Shown here: positions 11,942 to 23,503 of the stretch, piece after piece
Numbering within the stretch: position 1 is the stretch's first letter
Layout: every line of letters starts with the position of its first letter
DNA from: Gammaproteobacteria bacterium
Lineage (GTDB): Bacteria; Pseudomonadota; Gammaproteobacteria; SpSt-1174
Reading direction: 5' to 3'
Assembly: GCA_037388465.1 (NCBI GenBank)
Contig: JARRKE010000001.1
Coordinates: forward strand, 7,667-71,666
Length of the DNA: 64,000 nucleotides
Notes under the pieces: model-generated
What the model was told of the DNA's origin: nothing
The model's input: only the letters and a program-made list of their open reading frames with translations
Databases searched by the model: none
Program-made: the position numbers and the translations under genes

Positions 11942-12111
11942 GAGCCAGTCCTCCTCCGCTTGCCGCGGGGCCGGTGTTCCGGTCCCGCGTTTACCAACCG
12001 CCCGTGCCTGGATTTTTGTTATGGCGCGGGACTTTTATTTCTTTTCATTATTTATAGCCTCTATTCGTCCAACTGCCCCGGTAATTCCCGGTCGGATGCG
12101 CGGCCCGGTGC

Positions 12112-13458
12112 TCAAAGCGTCATCGCCCGGGCCGTGTCCTGAGCCCTGTGCAGCCGTCGGAAGACCTCGGCCAGGGCGCCGGCATCGCCGACGTTGCCGG
12201 GGAAAATGACCACCGGCAGTTCGGGATAGCGCGGGTGGTCCACAGGGCAGCGCACGACCGAGCAGCCGGTGAGGATCTGACCGACGACACGCGCGGCGCG
12301 CAGCGCGAGGCCGCTGCTCAGCACATCGTTGGAGGTGATTCCCCCTTTGCTGATCAGAAAGCCGATGGTCGGCGGCAGATTGCGCACCACATCCATCAGG
12401 AAGGCGGACACCCGTTCGCCGAAGGCGAGGCGTGTCTGTTGGTCGGCAAAGGTCTTTTCCACCCGGCTGGTGAAGATCACCGGGGTATCGCCGTGTCCGT
12501 GCGCCAGCGTCGTGCGCTCGACAATCTCTTCGAGCAGGGCTTCGCGGTCCGTGTCGATGCGCGCCACGTCGATCTCGATCGGTACCGTGCCGCGTTCCTT
12601 CAACAACTCGCCCAGCTGCTCGGTGGTTTTTTTGACGTGCGAGCCGACGATGACGGCACCCGGCCAGCCATCGCGTGCGTAGCGCGCCATGTCCTCGGGG
12701 GCGACCGGCTGGGGCGGCAGCTTGGCCAGCGCGGTGATGATGCTCGCCGCCGAGCGGAACAGAAAACGTTTGCCGCCGCCGGCCACCTCGAGGAGCTGAT
12801 CGGCGAAGCGATTCAGGTCGTCCTGCGTTTCGGCGTCCACCACGCAGCACACGTTGTCCTTGAGCTGCGAGAGGCGGGGACGCAGATCGCCACGCAGGTC
12901 GTTCAGCGTGAAGCGTTCCACCTGGCCGGCGTGAATACGACCGCGGGTTTTTTCTTCGACATAGTCAGGCAGGTAGCTGTGGTGATAGGCGAACACCGAG
13001 TCGCGCGCGAATTCGGTTTCGTGTGCGGGGACGGGTCTGCCGTCCATCACCACGTAATGCACGCTGTCGCGTGTGATGCGCCCGGCCTCGATGAACGCCG
13101 GCACGATGAAATGGGCGTCGAACGGTCCGAGTTCCTCGGCGATGACGTCCGTCTCCACCGGGTAATGGCCGCGCAGGGTGGAGTCCGAGCGGCTGATCAT
13201 CAACGGGTTGATGGGACGTCCGGTCTGCGCGAGTTCATCCAGGGCCCGCTTCAGGTTGTGGCAGACCTCGCGCGTGACGTGTTCGGCCTGGTCGGCGCCC
13301 ATGCCGCGGGTGTTGGTGAGTACGAAGAACAACGGCGAATCGTCCGTGAGGGCCTGCTTCAGGGTGCCGACGTCCCAACGGGTGAGCAGCAGGCAGCCAT
13401 GGACCGTCTGTGATCCGGTCGGGTCGTCGTCCAGGGCGATGATCTTGGTTTCGGCCAT
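12112..13458 (-). CDS. Four-carbon acid sugar kinase family protein (DUF1537/DUF4392; OtnK/DtnK-like)
   Basis: 448 aa. Motif order IIALDDDPTG .. RSDSTLRG .. FLISKGGITSND .. VVIFPGNVG mirrors the E. coli YgbK motifs IIADDFTG .. KIDSTFRG .. LFLTGGDIA .. VITKAGGFG. Exact substrate cannot be read from sequence. Confidence 0.7.
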   Translation of the reverse strand: MAETKIIALDDDPTGSQTVHGCLLLTRWDVGTLKQALTDDSPLFFVLTNTRGMGADQAEHVTREVCHNLKRALDELAQTGRPINPLMISRSDSTLRGHYPVETDVIAEELGPFDAHFIVPAFIEAGRITRDSVHYVVMDGRPVPAHETEFARDSVFAYHHSYLPDYVEEKTRGRIHAGQVERFTLNDLRGDLRPRLSQLKDNVCCVVDAETQDDLNRFADQLLEVAGGGKRFLFRSAASIITALAKLPPQPVAPEDMARYARDGWPGAVIVGSHVKKTTEQLGELLKERGTVPIEIDVARIDTDREALLEEIVERTTLAHGHGDTPVIFTSRVEKTFADQQTRLAFGERVSAFLMDVVRNLPPTIGFLISKGGITSNDVLSSGLALRAARVVGQILTGCSVVRCPVDHPRYPELPVVIFPGNVGDAGALAEVFRRLHRAQDTARAMTL

Positions 13459-13524
13459 GGCGATCTCTCATGTTCGGTGCGGCTGAACGGGGCGGCGAAT
13501 CGCCGCCCCGAACGGAAACACCTT

Positions 13525-15753
13525 TCAGTCTGCCAGTTGCTTCACGCGCGCGACGATGTCCCCGGCGGTCATGCCGTTGAACTCGAACAGCTGATCAGGC
13601 GAAACGGTGGTCTCGCCGCGCTTCCAGGCGAACACGTCCCGCCTGGGCGCGCGCGTGCGCAGCATCACGGGCTCCAGCGAACCGCTGGCGCCGCCGGTGA
13701 CGCCGACCAGGATGTCGCCGTCGAACAATGCGTTGAAATGATCATCATCCATGAAGCTGTTGTCGGGCTGCGATACGGAGTCCCATGCCACGTCGGTGGG
13801 TCGGTAGACGCGGCGCGGGTTGGCGACGGCCACGATGCGCACGCGGTGACCCTGTGCCTCGAGCTCGTCCTTGGCGGCGAACACCGGCAACAGGACCATG
13901 TCGCCGGTGACGGCGAACACCACCATGTCTTTGTTGCCTTCGGTGCTTTCGTACAGCGTCACCGCGCCTTTCTCGATGCCTTCGCGGGCCTGCTCGACTG
14001 TCGTGTGAACGGGCAGGGGGCTCTTGGAGGCGATGATCACCATGCTCTTGTTGAAGGAGTTGGTTGCCCATTCGTAGGCCACCTGCATCATGTTGGCGTC
14101 GCAGGGGAACAACGGATAACTGTTGCCGTTGCGCATCATGGCGGCAAAGTAGTTCTCGATCTCGGGGCGCTGGTGGGTCCAGCCGTTGCGCCCCTGTTCG
14201 AGCGCACCGGCCGTGAACATGCACACCACCGACGGCGTCTTGCGGCGCAGTTCGGCCATGGCCTGGGACACGGTCTGCACGATGGGCCAGCCGTTGATGG
14301 CGAAGCTCTCGTAGGACAGCCACAGCGAACGTCCGCCGAACAGGGCCAGCGCGGCGCTGAGGCCGGCGCAGGCGTCCTCGTTGAGCGGCTCGTAGACCTG
14401 ACCGTTCGGCTCCTGATTGTAGAGCGGGTCCACCGTGGGATGGCGGATCTTCAGGGCATCGTTGATGTTCTTCATCGCCGAGGCCTCGTTGCCGTCGGCA
14501 TTGGTCACCACGAAGCGCTTGTCCTGCTGGCCGACGTAGGCCACCAGCGCGCCCATGGCCGTGGCGGGCACCTGCTTGTCGCCTCCTTTATCGAAGGCCT
14601 GGATGGGCAGTTTGCCGAGCGGGGTCAGTTCGAGCTCGTGCTCGGTGACGGCCGTCCTGGCGGCGGGTCCGCCGCCGGCGCGGATGAAGTTGGCGCGCAC
14701 GGTCTCCCAGGCCTCGGGATTCAGCGCGCGGCGCTGCAGGCCCTCGATCATGTGCGGCTGGTCGAGGGTGTCCTTGGGATACAGGTTGTGCGACTTGGAG
14801 CCGACGGTGTGCACGCCCGCGCCCTTCATCTGCTTGATGATCACAGCGGTGAGCCTGCCATCGAACGCGGAGCGTGCCGCGCGGTCCGCCCCCGCCAGCA
14901 CGGCGCCGGCGAAGGCGAGCCGGTTCCGGAACGAAAAATAAGTGCTGTCGGCGTAGGCGCTGGCCTGGTCGCTGTCGTCGAAGTCCTTGGCGTCGATCAG
15001 GATGACTTCTTCAAAGCCGTGCGCCTTCCAGTAGGCAGTCATCTGCTCATTGCTCCAGGTGGAGCACATGGAATGGTGTTCCTGGCTGTAACCGTTCCAG
15101 ATCAGCACGGGCAGGAAGTTGGTCACCTGCGGATAGGCGGTATGGAAGTGCAGCATGGAATTGAGCACGTAGGGTTCGCCCATGCCGCCGTCGCCGATGG
15201 TCACGGGGAACAGCTTGTCGGGGTGCAGCAACGCGCCGGCCATGGCGAAGTGCTGGCCCTGACCGAGCGGCCCGGCGGGTGCCAGCAGGCCGGGGATGGC
15301 GCCGGACAGGTGGCCGAGCAGGCCTTCGCGCTCGCGGAAGCGGGCGCGCATGTCCTCGACGGTCTTGATGCCCATCTCTTCGAGCGAGGTGTCCAGGAAC
15401 ATGGCGCTGTAGAAGCCGGGCGCATGGTGGCCGACCTCCGTCACGATGTTGGTATGGCCGAGCATCACCAGTGCGGCATAGGCATCGGCCGAGGAGGCGA
15501 AGCCGCCGGGATGGCCCGATCCCTTGGCGCCGGTCACCTGCAGGGTCAGATAGCGCAGGGCGTCGGCCATCTGCAGGGTCTGATAAACGGCGTCGGGGAT
15601 ATTCGGATCGGCGATGGCGGTCTGCTGTTCACCGATCACGGGCTGGGCGCCGTGGGTCGCGAAATCGGGCCAGGGATCGGCGAAATACTGGATGCCCTTG
15701 CAGAAAGCCGGGAACTCGATCTCCTCGGCAAGCTTGATGGGGGCGGTGCTCAT
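13525..15753 (-). CDS. Thiamine-diphosphate enzyme of the transketolase/phosphoketolase superfamily, atypical (742 aa)
   Basis: TK-like motifs SGHPGG, GPLGQGQ (TPP-binding), GDGGMGEP and GWTHQRPE. It also has a ~80-aa N-terminal extension and an NGY block that I recall as phosphoketolase-like, and its length lies between TK (~660 aa) and PK (~800 aa). Start set at the ATG at 15753 (GAGGA RBS); the track ORF extends to 15804. Confidence 0.65.
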   Translation of the reverse strand: MSTAPIKLAEEIEFPAFCKGIQYFADPWPDFATHGAQPVIGEQQTAIADPNIPDAVYQTLQMADALRYLTLQVTGAKGSGHPGGFASSADAYAALVMLGHTNIVTEVGHHAPGFYSAMFLDTSLEEMGIKTVEDMRARFREREGLLGHLSGAIPGLLAPAGPLGQGQHFAMAGALLHPDKLFPVTIGDGGMGEPYVLNSMLHFHTAYPQVTNFLPVLIWNGYSQEHHSMCSTWSNEQMTAYWKAHGFEEVILIDAKDFDDSDQASAYADSTYFSFRNRLAFAGAVLAGADRAARSAFDGRLTAVIIKQMKGAGVHTVGSKSHNLYPKDTLDQPHMIEGLQRRALNPEAWETVRANFIRAGGGPAARTAVTEHELELTPLGKLPIQAFDKGGDKQVPATAMGALVAYVGQQDKRFVVTNADGNEASAMKNINDALKIRHPTVDPLYNQEPNGQVYEPLNEDACAGLSAALALFGGRSLWLSYESFAINGWPIVQTVSQAMAELRRKTPSVVCMFTAGALEQGRNGWTHQRPEIENYFAAMMRNGNSYPLFPCDANMMQVAYEWATNSFNKSMVIIASKSPLPVHTTVEQAREGIEKGAVTLYESTEGNKDMVVFAVTGDMVLLPVFAAKDELEAQGHRVRIVAVANPRRVYRPTDVAWDSVSQPDNSFMDDDHFNALFDGDILVGVTGGASGSLEPVMLRTRAPRRDVFAWKRGETTVSPDQLFEFNGMTAGDIVARVKQLAD

Positions 15754-15900
15754 GTCGGTGTCCTCGTCATCATATGAAACGGAAACGGCAGTGCCGTCGG
15801 GCATGACATGACCTTAGCCAAGGGTGTACTATTTCACAATATAGAAAGTATTTCGTATTATGGAATCTAGGCATCCGTCATATAGAATCGGTTTTGCATC

Positions 15901-16698
15901 ATGAAAAATGAGTCTGGAAAGTCCGCATCCTCCATTCAGGTCATCGATCGCATGGCTCTGCTGCTCGAGGCCATAGCCCGTTATACGGGACCGGTCAGCC
16001 TCAAGGTGCTGGCCGCCGAGACCGAACTGCATTCCTCCACCGCGTTCCGGATTCTGGCATCCCTGGTCGAGCATGGCTTCGTCGACCGGGAAGAGGGCGG
16101 CGGCTACCGTCTGGGGCGGCACCTGCTGCGGCTCGCGTCGCGCGTGCATCCCGGGATCGACATCCGGCAGGAGGCGCAGCCGATCATGGAGGCGTTGCGC
16201 GACCGGGTCGGAGAGAGCGTCAACCTGACCATTCGCGAAGGCGACGAGGTGATCTACGTGGAGCGCGCCACGCCGAACCGCATGATGCGGGTGGAGCAGG
16301 TGATTGGCAGCCGCGCCCCGCTGCACGTGACGGCGGTGGGCAAGCTCATGCTCGGGGCGGAGGGCGAGGAGGCGATCCGCGACTATGCGCGCCGCACGGG
16401 CCTGCCGGCCTACACCCCCAACACCCTCAACGATCCTGAGCGCCTGGGCCGCGCCGGCCTGCAGGCGATGGCGCAGGGCTACTCCTTCGATAACGAGGAG
16501 GCCGAGCTTGGCGTGGGATGCATCGGTGCGCTGGTGCGCGACGCGGCCGGCGTGCCGGTGGCGGGGTTGTCCATCTCCGCCCCCATCGAACGCCGGCGCG
16601 ACGAATGGGCAGCGATGCTGGTCGAGGCGGCCGATCGCATCTCCGAACGCCTCGGCTACAAAGGGGAAAAACGCGGCGAGGCGGCTACTGGGCTTTGA
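15901..16698 (+). CDS. IclR-family transcriptional regulator, divergent from the kinase/TK-like operon
   Basis: 265 aa. N-terminal wHTH (VIDRMALLLEAIARYTGPVSLKVLAAETELHSSTAFRILASLVEHGFV) and a C-terminal IclR effector domain. AT-rich divergent intergenic region at 15754-15900. Confidence 0.85.
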   Translation: MKNESGKSASSIQVIDRMALLLEAIARYTGPVSLKVLAAETELHSSTAFRILASLVEHGFVDREEGGGYRLGRHLLRLASRVHPGIDIRQEAQPIMEALRDRVGESVNLTIREGDEVIYVERATPNRMMRVEQVIGSRAPLHVTAVGKLMLGAEGEEAIRDYARRTGLPAYTPNTLNDPERLGRAGLQAMAQGYSFDNEEAELGVGCIGALVRDAAGVPVAGLSISAPIERRRDEWAAMLVEAADRISERLGYKGEKRGEAATGL

Positions 16699-16840
16699 CA
16701 AACACGCGCGGTTTTTGCACCATTGTCAATTCGGTAACGGGCTGATGCGCACTATCGCGCAGCCCGGTTAATCCAAGACAAAAACCCGTTCACTATCGAT
16801 AAACAAGCGGCCCCTCGTATAGGTCGCCACTGGAGCCTTC

Positions 16841-18772
16841 ATGCCAGACATCACCCTCCCGGACGGTTCCGTCCGCCATTTCGATCAGCCCGTCACGGTT
16901 TACGACGTCGCCGCCGACATCGGTCCCGGCCTGGCCAAGGCCGCGCTCGCCGGCAAGGTCGACGGCCATATGGTCGACACCAGTTACCGGATCGAGAATG
17001 ACGCCGAACTGGCCATCGTCACCTCCAAGAACGAGGAGGCGCTGGAACTGATGCGCCACGACGCGGCGCACGTCATGGCCCAGGCCGTTCAGGAACTGTT
17101 TCCCGGGACGCAGGTCACCATCGGCCCTGCCATCGAGGACGGCTTTTACTACGATTTCGCCCGCGACGAGCCCTTCACGCCGGACGATCTGGAAAAGATC
17201 GAGGCGCGCATGCACGAGATCGTCAAACGCGATCTCCCCATCCAGCGCGAGGTGTGGGACCGCGACGAGGCCATCAAGGTGTTCGGCGAGCTGGGCGAGA
17301 CCTACAAGGTCGAGATCATCGACGACATCATTCCGCATGGCGAGGAGGTCTCGGTTTATCGCCAGGGCGAGTGGTTCGACGTTTGCCGCGGTCCGCACCT
17401 GCCGAGCACGGGGCGTCTGGGCAACGGCTTCAAGCTGATGAAGGTGGCCGGCGCCTACTGGCGTGGCGATTCGCGCAATCCCATGCTGCAGCGCATCTAC
17501 GGCACGGCCTGGCGCGACAAGAAAGAGCTCAAGGCCTATCTGCACCGCCTGGAGGAAGCGGAAAAACGCGACCACCGGCGCATCGCCAAGCAGATGGACC
17601 TGTTCCATACCCAGGAAGAGTCGCCCGGCATGGTGTTCTGGCACGATCGGGGCTGGACCATCTACCTGATCCTGCAGGAATACATTCGCGACAAGCTGCG
17701 GGCCCACGGTTACCAGGAGGTGCATACCCCCGTGGTGATCGACCGTACCCTGTGGGAGAAGTCGGGGCACTGGGACAAGTTCCAGGAGAACATGTTCACC
17801 ACCCAGTCCGAGAACCGGGAATACGCCATCAAGCCGATGAACTGCCCGGCCCACGTGCAGATCTACAACCAGGGGCTCAAGAGCTACCGCGATCTGCCGC
17901 AGCGGCTGGCCGAGTTCGGTTCCTGTCACCGCAACGAACCGTCCGGCACGCTGCACGGCCTGATGCGGGTGCGCAACTTCGTCCAGGACGATGCGCATAT
18001 CTTCTGTACCGAGGATCAGATCCAGTCCGAGGTCTCGGCCTTCATCGACCTGGTGTTCGAGGTCTACCGCGACTTCGGCTTCGAGGACGTGGTCGTCGCG
18101 CTCTCCACCCGCCCCGACGAGCGGGTGGGCGAGGATGCCCTGTGGGACAAGGCCGAGCACGCCCTCGAGCTGGCGCTCAACAACAAGGGGCTGGACTGGA
18201 ACCTGCAGTTGGGGGAAGGCGCCTTTTACGGGCCTAAGATCGAATTCGTGCTCAAGGATTGCCTGGGCCGTGCCTGGCAATGCGGCACCATCCAGGTCGA
18301 TTTCTCCATGCCCGGCCGGCTGGATGCCCAGTATGTGGGCGAGGACGGGGAGCGGCACGTGCCCGTCATGCTGCATCGCGCCATCCTGGGTTCGCTGGAG
18401 CGTTTCATCGGTATCCTGATCGAGCATCACGAGGGCAAGCTGCCGCTCTGGCTGGCGCCGGTGCAGGCCGTGATGATGAACATCACCGATCGCCAGGCCG
18501 AATACGCCCTCGAGGTGGAGAAATTCCTGAAAAAACAGGGGATCAGGGCCGTTTCCGACTTGAGAAATGAGAAAATAGGCTTTAAGATTCGCGAACATAC
18601 GCTGCAACGCGTGCCCTACCTGTTGGTGGTCGGGGATCGCGAGGCAGAGGATCGAACAGTGGCCGTGCGCACGCGAGCCGGCGAGGACCTGGGTAGTCTC
18701 GGGTTAGAAGCCCTGGGCCAGCGCCTCACCGAGGAAATCGCGAGCCGCGGCCGCTCTGTTTTGGAGGAATGA
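16841..18772 (+). CDS. thrS: Threonine--tRNA ligase
   Basis: 643 aa. TGS, editing, class II catalytic and anticodon-binding domains. The C-terminal [16 protein letters not shown](Q/R)RVPY block matches my recollection of the E. coli ThrRS C-terminus. Confidence 0.95.
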   Translation: MPDITLPDGSVRHFDQPVTVYDVAADIGPGLAKAALAGKVDGHMVDTSYRIENDAELAIVTSKNEEALELMRHDAAHVMAQAVQELFPGTQVTIGPAIEDGFYYDFARDEPFTPDDLEKIEARMHEIVKRDLPIQREVWDRDEAIKVFGELGETYKVEIIDDIIPHGEEVSVYRQGEWFDVCRGPHLPSTGRLGNGFKLMKVAGAYWRGDSRNPMLQRIYGTAWRDKKELKAYLHRLEEAEKRDHRRIAKQMDLFHTQEESPGMVFWHDRGWTIYLILQEYIRDKLRAHGYQEVHTPVVIDRTLWEKSGHWDKFQENMFTTQSENREYAIKPMNCPAHVQIYNQGLKSYRDLPQRLAEFGSCHRNEPSGTLHGLMRVRNFVQDDAHIFCTEDQIQSEVSAFIDLVFEVYRDFGFEDVVVALSTRPDERVGEDALWDKAEHALELALNNKGLDWNLQLGEGAFYGPKIEFVLKDCLGRAWQCGTIQVDFSMPGRLDAQYVGEDGERHVPVMLHRAILGSLERFIGILIEHHEGKLPLWLAPVQAVMMNITDRQAEYALEVEKFLKKQGIRAVSDLRNEKIGFKIREHTLQRVPYLLVVGDREAEDRTVAVRTRAGEDLGSLGLEALGQRLTEEIASRGRSVLEE

Positions 18773-18775
18773 CGT

Positions 18776-19294
18776 ATTAGCGCGACGAAATCGCACAGGC
18801 TCAACGACGAGATCACCGCCTCGAACGTCCGGTTGATCGATGCCGAAGGCGAAAACGTAGGTGTGGTCTCGCTGGACGACGCCCTGAAAAGGGCCGAAGA
18901 GGCCGAGCTCGATCTGGTCGAGATCGTCCCGAACGCTGAGCCCCCGGTCTGTCGGGTGATGGACTACGGCAAGTTCAAGTTCGAGGAGAGCAAGAAGCAG
19001 CAGGCCGCGCGCAAACGGCAGAAGCAGATCCAGGTCAAGGAAGTGAAGTTTCGTCCGGGTACGGACATCGGTGACTACAACATCAAGCTTCGCAACCTGA
19101 CCCGGTTTCTGGGCGACGGCGACAAGGCCAAGATCACCATCCGCTTTCGTGGACGGGAGATGGCGCACCGCGAGCTGGGCGCCGAACTGCTCAAGCGGAT
19201 CGAGAAGGACCTGGAAGAGATCGCCGTCGTCGAGCAGTTCCCCAAGATGGAAGGGCGGCAGATGATTATGGTCATGTCGCCCAAGAAGAAGTAA
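18776..19294 (+). CDS. infC: Translation initiation factor IF-3 (non-canonical ATT start)
   Basis: IF-3 N- and C-domains ([12 protein letters not shown] .. [17 protein letters not shown]..). An in-frame ATT at 18776 sits 3 nt after the thrS stop, as expected for the conserved AUU autoregulatory start. The track ORF begins only at the internal Met at 18833. Confidence 0.85.
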   Translation: MSATKSHRLNDEITASNVRLIDAEGENVGVVSLDDALKRAEEAELDLVEIVPNAEPPVCRVMDYGKFKFEESKKQQAARKRQKQIQVKEVKFRPGTDIGDYNIKLRNLTRFLGDGDKAKITIRFRGREMAHRELGAELLKRIEKDLEEIAVVEQFPKMEGRQMIMVMSPKKK

Positions 19295-19360
19295 TTCTTA
19301 ACGATTTCAATATGATAGCGTCCTCGGCCACGATGCCGGGGCAGTAATGAGGTAGTCAAG

Positions 19361-19558
19361 ATGCCCAAGATCAAGACGAACCGTGGCGCGGCCAAGCGCT
19401 TCAAGCGTACCGCTTCCGGCGGCTACAAGTGCAAGCAGTCGCACCTGCGCCACATCCTGACCAAGAAGAGCTCCAAGCGGAAGCGTCAGCTGCGTTCGGG
19501 CGCCCAGGTGGCGGCTGCCGACGTGCCGCTGGTCCGCCAGATGATGCCTTACAACTAA
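19361..19558 (+). CDS. rpmI: 50S ribosomal protein L35
   Basis: 65 aa, [21 protein letters not shown]..; AGGTAG RBS. Confidence 0.9.
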   Translation: MPKIKTNRGAAKRFKRTASGGYKCKQSHLRHILTKKSSKRKRQLRSGAQVAAADVPLVRQMMPYN

Positions 19559-19570
19559 GAGGTACGGGAC

Positions 19571-19930
19571 ATGCCCAGAGTAAAACGTGGTGTGACGGCG
19601 CATGCTCGTCATAAGAAGGTTCTGAAGAAGGCGAAAGGCTATTACGGCGCCCGCTCGCGCGTCTTCCGTGTTGCCAACCAGGCGGTCACCAAGGCCGGCC
19701 AGTATGCCTATCGTGACCGTCGTCAGCGCAAGCGCCAGTTCCGCGGCCTGTGGATCGTGCGCATCAATGCCGCTGCGCGCCAGTTCGGTCTGTCCTACAG
19801 CCGGCTCATCGACGGCATGAACAAGAGCGGTATCGAGATCGACCGCAAGATCCTCGCGGATCTCGCCGTGCACGATATCGCCGCGTTCGGTCAGATTGCC
19901 GACAAGGCCAAGGCCGCCCTGGCGAACTGA
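19571..19930 (+). CDS. rplT: 50S ribosomal protein L20
   Basis: 119 aa, [39 protein letters not shown].. Confidence 0.95.
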   Translation: MPRVKRGVTAHARHKKVLKKAKGYYGARSRVFRVANQAVTKAGQYAYRDRRQRKRQFRGLWIVRINAAARQFGLSYSRLIDGMNKSGIEIDRKILADLAVHDIAAFGQIADKAKAALAN

Positions 19931-19987
19931 TTGACGGTACGTGCCGATCGTTGCCCTGAGCGACGATCGAAACCAGTCGAACTGCAG

Positions 19988-21064
<1,077 letters not shown>

Positions 21065-21118
21065 AGCCGCCGACGGGGCAGGGCCTCGTCTGCGGCAATA
21101 AAGCAGGGTAGAGCGAGC

Positions 21119-23500
21119 ATGAAATTTCCGAATTCCTGGCTGAAGGAGTGGGTCGAGCACGGTCTGACGCCTCAGGCACTGGGCGACCGTCTCAGCATGG
21201 CGGGGCTGGAGCTTGATAGCCTTGAGCCGGCCGCGCCCGCCTTCGAAGGCATCGTCGTCGGGCGGGTGACCGAGATCGCGCCCCATCCGGATGCCGACAA
21301 GCTGCGGGTCTGTCAGGTCGATGCCGGTACCGGGAGTCCGCTGCAGGTCGTCTGTGGGGCGGCCAATGTCCATGCCGATATGCTGGCGCCGTTTGCCCAG
21401 GTGGGTGCCCGCCTGCCCGGCGGCATGACCATCCGCAAGGCCAAGCTGCGCGGCGTGGAGTCCAGCGGCATGCTGTGCTCCGCCAGCGAACTGGGGCTTG
21501 CCGAGACCTCCAGCGGCCTGATGGAGCTGCCCGCCGATCTCGAAGTCGGGCAGGACCTGCGCCAGGCGATGGGTCTGGATGACGCCGTGCTCGAAGTGGA
21601 TCTCACCCCCAACCGCGCCGATTGTCTCAGCCTTGCCGGCGTGGCACGCGAAGTGGCCCTGCTGAGCGGGCGGCCGCTGAACGAAACCGAGATCGAACCG
21701 GTCGAGCCGGCCTGCGAGGCCGAGCTGCCGGTGGAGATCCAGGCCCCCGAGGCCTGTCCCGTTTACGTGGGGCGGGTGATCCGGGGCGTCGATCCGCAGG
21801 CGGTCACGCCGCTGTGGATGCAGGAGCGCCTGCGTCGCTGCGGGATCCGTTCCCTGGGCCCGTTCGTCGATGTGACCAATTACGTCATGCTCGAGTTGGG
21901 CCAGCCGATGCACGCCTTCGATCTGGCGCAGATCAAGGAAGGTATCCGCGTGCGGATGGCGCAGGCGGGGGAGGAGATCGTCCTGCTCGACGGCCAGACT
22001 CTCAAGCTCAATCCGGATTGTCTGGTGATCGCCGACGCCGGCGGCCCCTTGGCGCTGGCCGGAGTCATGGGCGGCCAGCACAGCGGGGTGGGCGCGCAGA
22101 CGAGCGACATCTTTCTCGAAAGCGCCTTTTTCACTCCGGAGGCCATTGCCGGCCGTGCCCGCCGCTTCGGGCTGCATACGGATTCCTCCCACCGCTTCGA
22201 ACGCGGCGTGGATCCGGCGCTGCAGGCCATCGCGGTTGAGCGGGCCACGGCCTTGATCCTGCAGATTGCGGGCGGTACGCCGGGTCCGGCCATTAAGCAG
22301 GCTTATGAATCAAAATACGATAAAAAACAAACTCTTACGCTAAGAAGTTCAGGTATTGAACGAGTTCTTGGCGTGGTGCTGGACGGCAAGGAGGTCGAGA
22401 CGATCCTGCGCGGGCTTGGCTGCGAGATCGAGCCGGCCGAGGGCGGCTGGTCGGTCATCCCGCCGAGCTGGCGCTTCGACCTGTCCATCGAGGTGGATCT
22501 GATCGAGGAGCTGGCGCGGGTCCACGGTTATGAGGCCATTCCGGCGGCGGTGCCGATCGGCGGCCCCCAGGCGATTGTCGGGCGTCCGGAACGGATTCTG
22601 CCCCTGGACATCCTGCGCGAGCAGCTGGTCACCCTGGGCTACCAGGAGGCGATCACCTACAGCTTCGTGGATCAGGACATCGAAGCCCTGCTGGCGCCGG
22701 ACTCGGACAGGTTCCACCTGGCCAACCCGATCTCCAGCGAACTCTCCGTCATGCGCAGCTCCCTCTGGTCGGGCCTGCTGCGCGCCCTGCAACGCAACCT
22801 GAATCGCCAGCAAGCGCGTGTCCGTATTTTCGAGTCGGGTCTCAGGTTTGTTATGCAAGCCAATGAATTAAAACAAATAAATACGCTTTCTGGGCTGGTT
22901 TCAGGAGCGCGTTATCCTACCCAGTGGGGCGAGGCTGCGGCGGACGTCGACTTTTACGATCTCAAGGCCGACCTCGAGGCCCTGTTCTCGCGGGCTCGCC
23001 TGTCGGCACGCGATTACGTGCCGTTGACCGACAATCCTGCGTTGCACCCCGGCCAGGCCGCCGAGATCCGCATCGACGGTCGGTGCGCCGGTTGTCTCGG
23101 GGCGTTGCATCCGGAAATCGAGGCTGCGCTTGATCTGGCGGGCCCGATCTACCTGTTCGAGCTCGATCTCGATACCTTTGACGTTGGCCAAGTCCCTGCT
23201 TTTGCACCACTTTCGCGTTATCCCGCTATCCGGCGCGATCTGGCGATTGTGGTGGACGAGAAGGTTTCCTACGCCCAGCTGCGCGACGCAATTCAGGCTG
23301 AATCTATTCCCGAACTTCAGGATTTTTATGTTTTTGATGTATATAGAGGGGAGGGCGTACCTAATGGTCGAAAAAGTTTCGCTTTTAGCTTGATTTTACA
23401 GGACTTATCGCGCACCCTTAGTGACGAGGACGTGGAGACGATCGTCTCGCGTCTCATCTCTCGGTTGGGGGCAGACGTCGGCGCCGAATTAAGGGTATAG
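21119..23500 (+). CDS. pheT: Phenylalanine--tRNA ligase beta subunit
   Basis: 793 aa. tRNA-binding, B3/B4, B5 and FDX-ACB domains; C-terminal FDVYRGEGVPNGRKSFAFSL motif. Confidence 0.95.
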   Translation: MKFPNSWLKEWVEHGLTPQALGDRLSMAGLELDSLEPAAPAFEGIVVGRVTEIAPHPDADKLRVCQVDAGTGSPLQVVCGAANVHADMLAPFAQVGARLPGGMTIRKAKLRGVESSGMLCSASELGLAETSSGLMELPADLEVGQDLRQAMGLDDAVLEVDLTPNRADCLSLAGVAREVALLSGRPLNETEIEPVEPACEAELPVEIQAPEACPVYVGRVIRGVDPQAVTPLWMQERLRRCGIRSLGPFVDVTNYVMLELGQPMHAFDLAQIKEGIRVRMAQAGEEIVLLDGQTLKLNPDCLVIADAGGPLALAGVMGGQHSGVGAQTSDIFLESAFFTPEAIAGRARRFGLHTDSSHRFERGVDPALQAIAVERATALILQIAGGTPGPAIKQAYESKYDKKQTLTLRSSGIERVLGVVLDGKEVETILRGLGCEIEPAEGGWSVIPPSWRFDLSIEVDLIEELARVHGYEAIPAAVPIGGPQAIVGRPERILPLDILREQLVTLGYQEAITYSFVDQDIEALLAPDSDRFHLANPISSELSVMRSSLWSGLLRALQRNLNRQQARVRIFESGLRFVMQANELKQINTLSGLVSGARYPTQWGEAAADVDFYDLKADLEALFSRARLSARDYVPLTDNPALHPGQAAEIRIDGRCAGCLGALHPEIEAALDLAGPIYLFELDLDTFDVGQVPAFAPLSRYPAIRRDLAIVVDEKVSYAQLRDAIQAESIPELQDFYVFDVYRGEGVPNGRKSFAFSLILQDLSRTLSDEDVETIVSRLISRLGADVGAELRV

Positions 23501-23503
23501 TTC

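Noticed and set aside
13477-15777. 766-aa ORF antisense to the ThDP-enzyme gene
   Set aside because: Low-complexity Gly/Ala/Arg-rich translation with no motifs. The opposite strand has a coherent ThDP-enzyme sequence.
16793-18607. 604-aa ORF antisense to thrS
   Set aside because: Typical long stop-free antisense frame of a high-GC gene. No recognisable motifs, and the sense strand encodes an unmistakable ThrRS.
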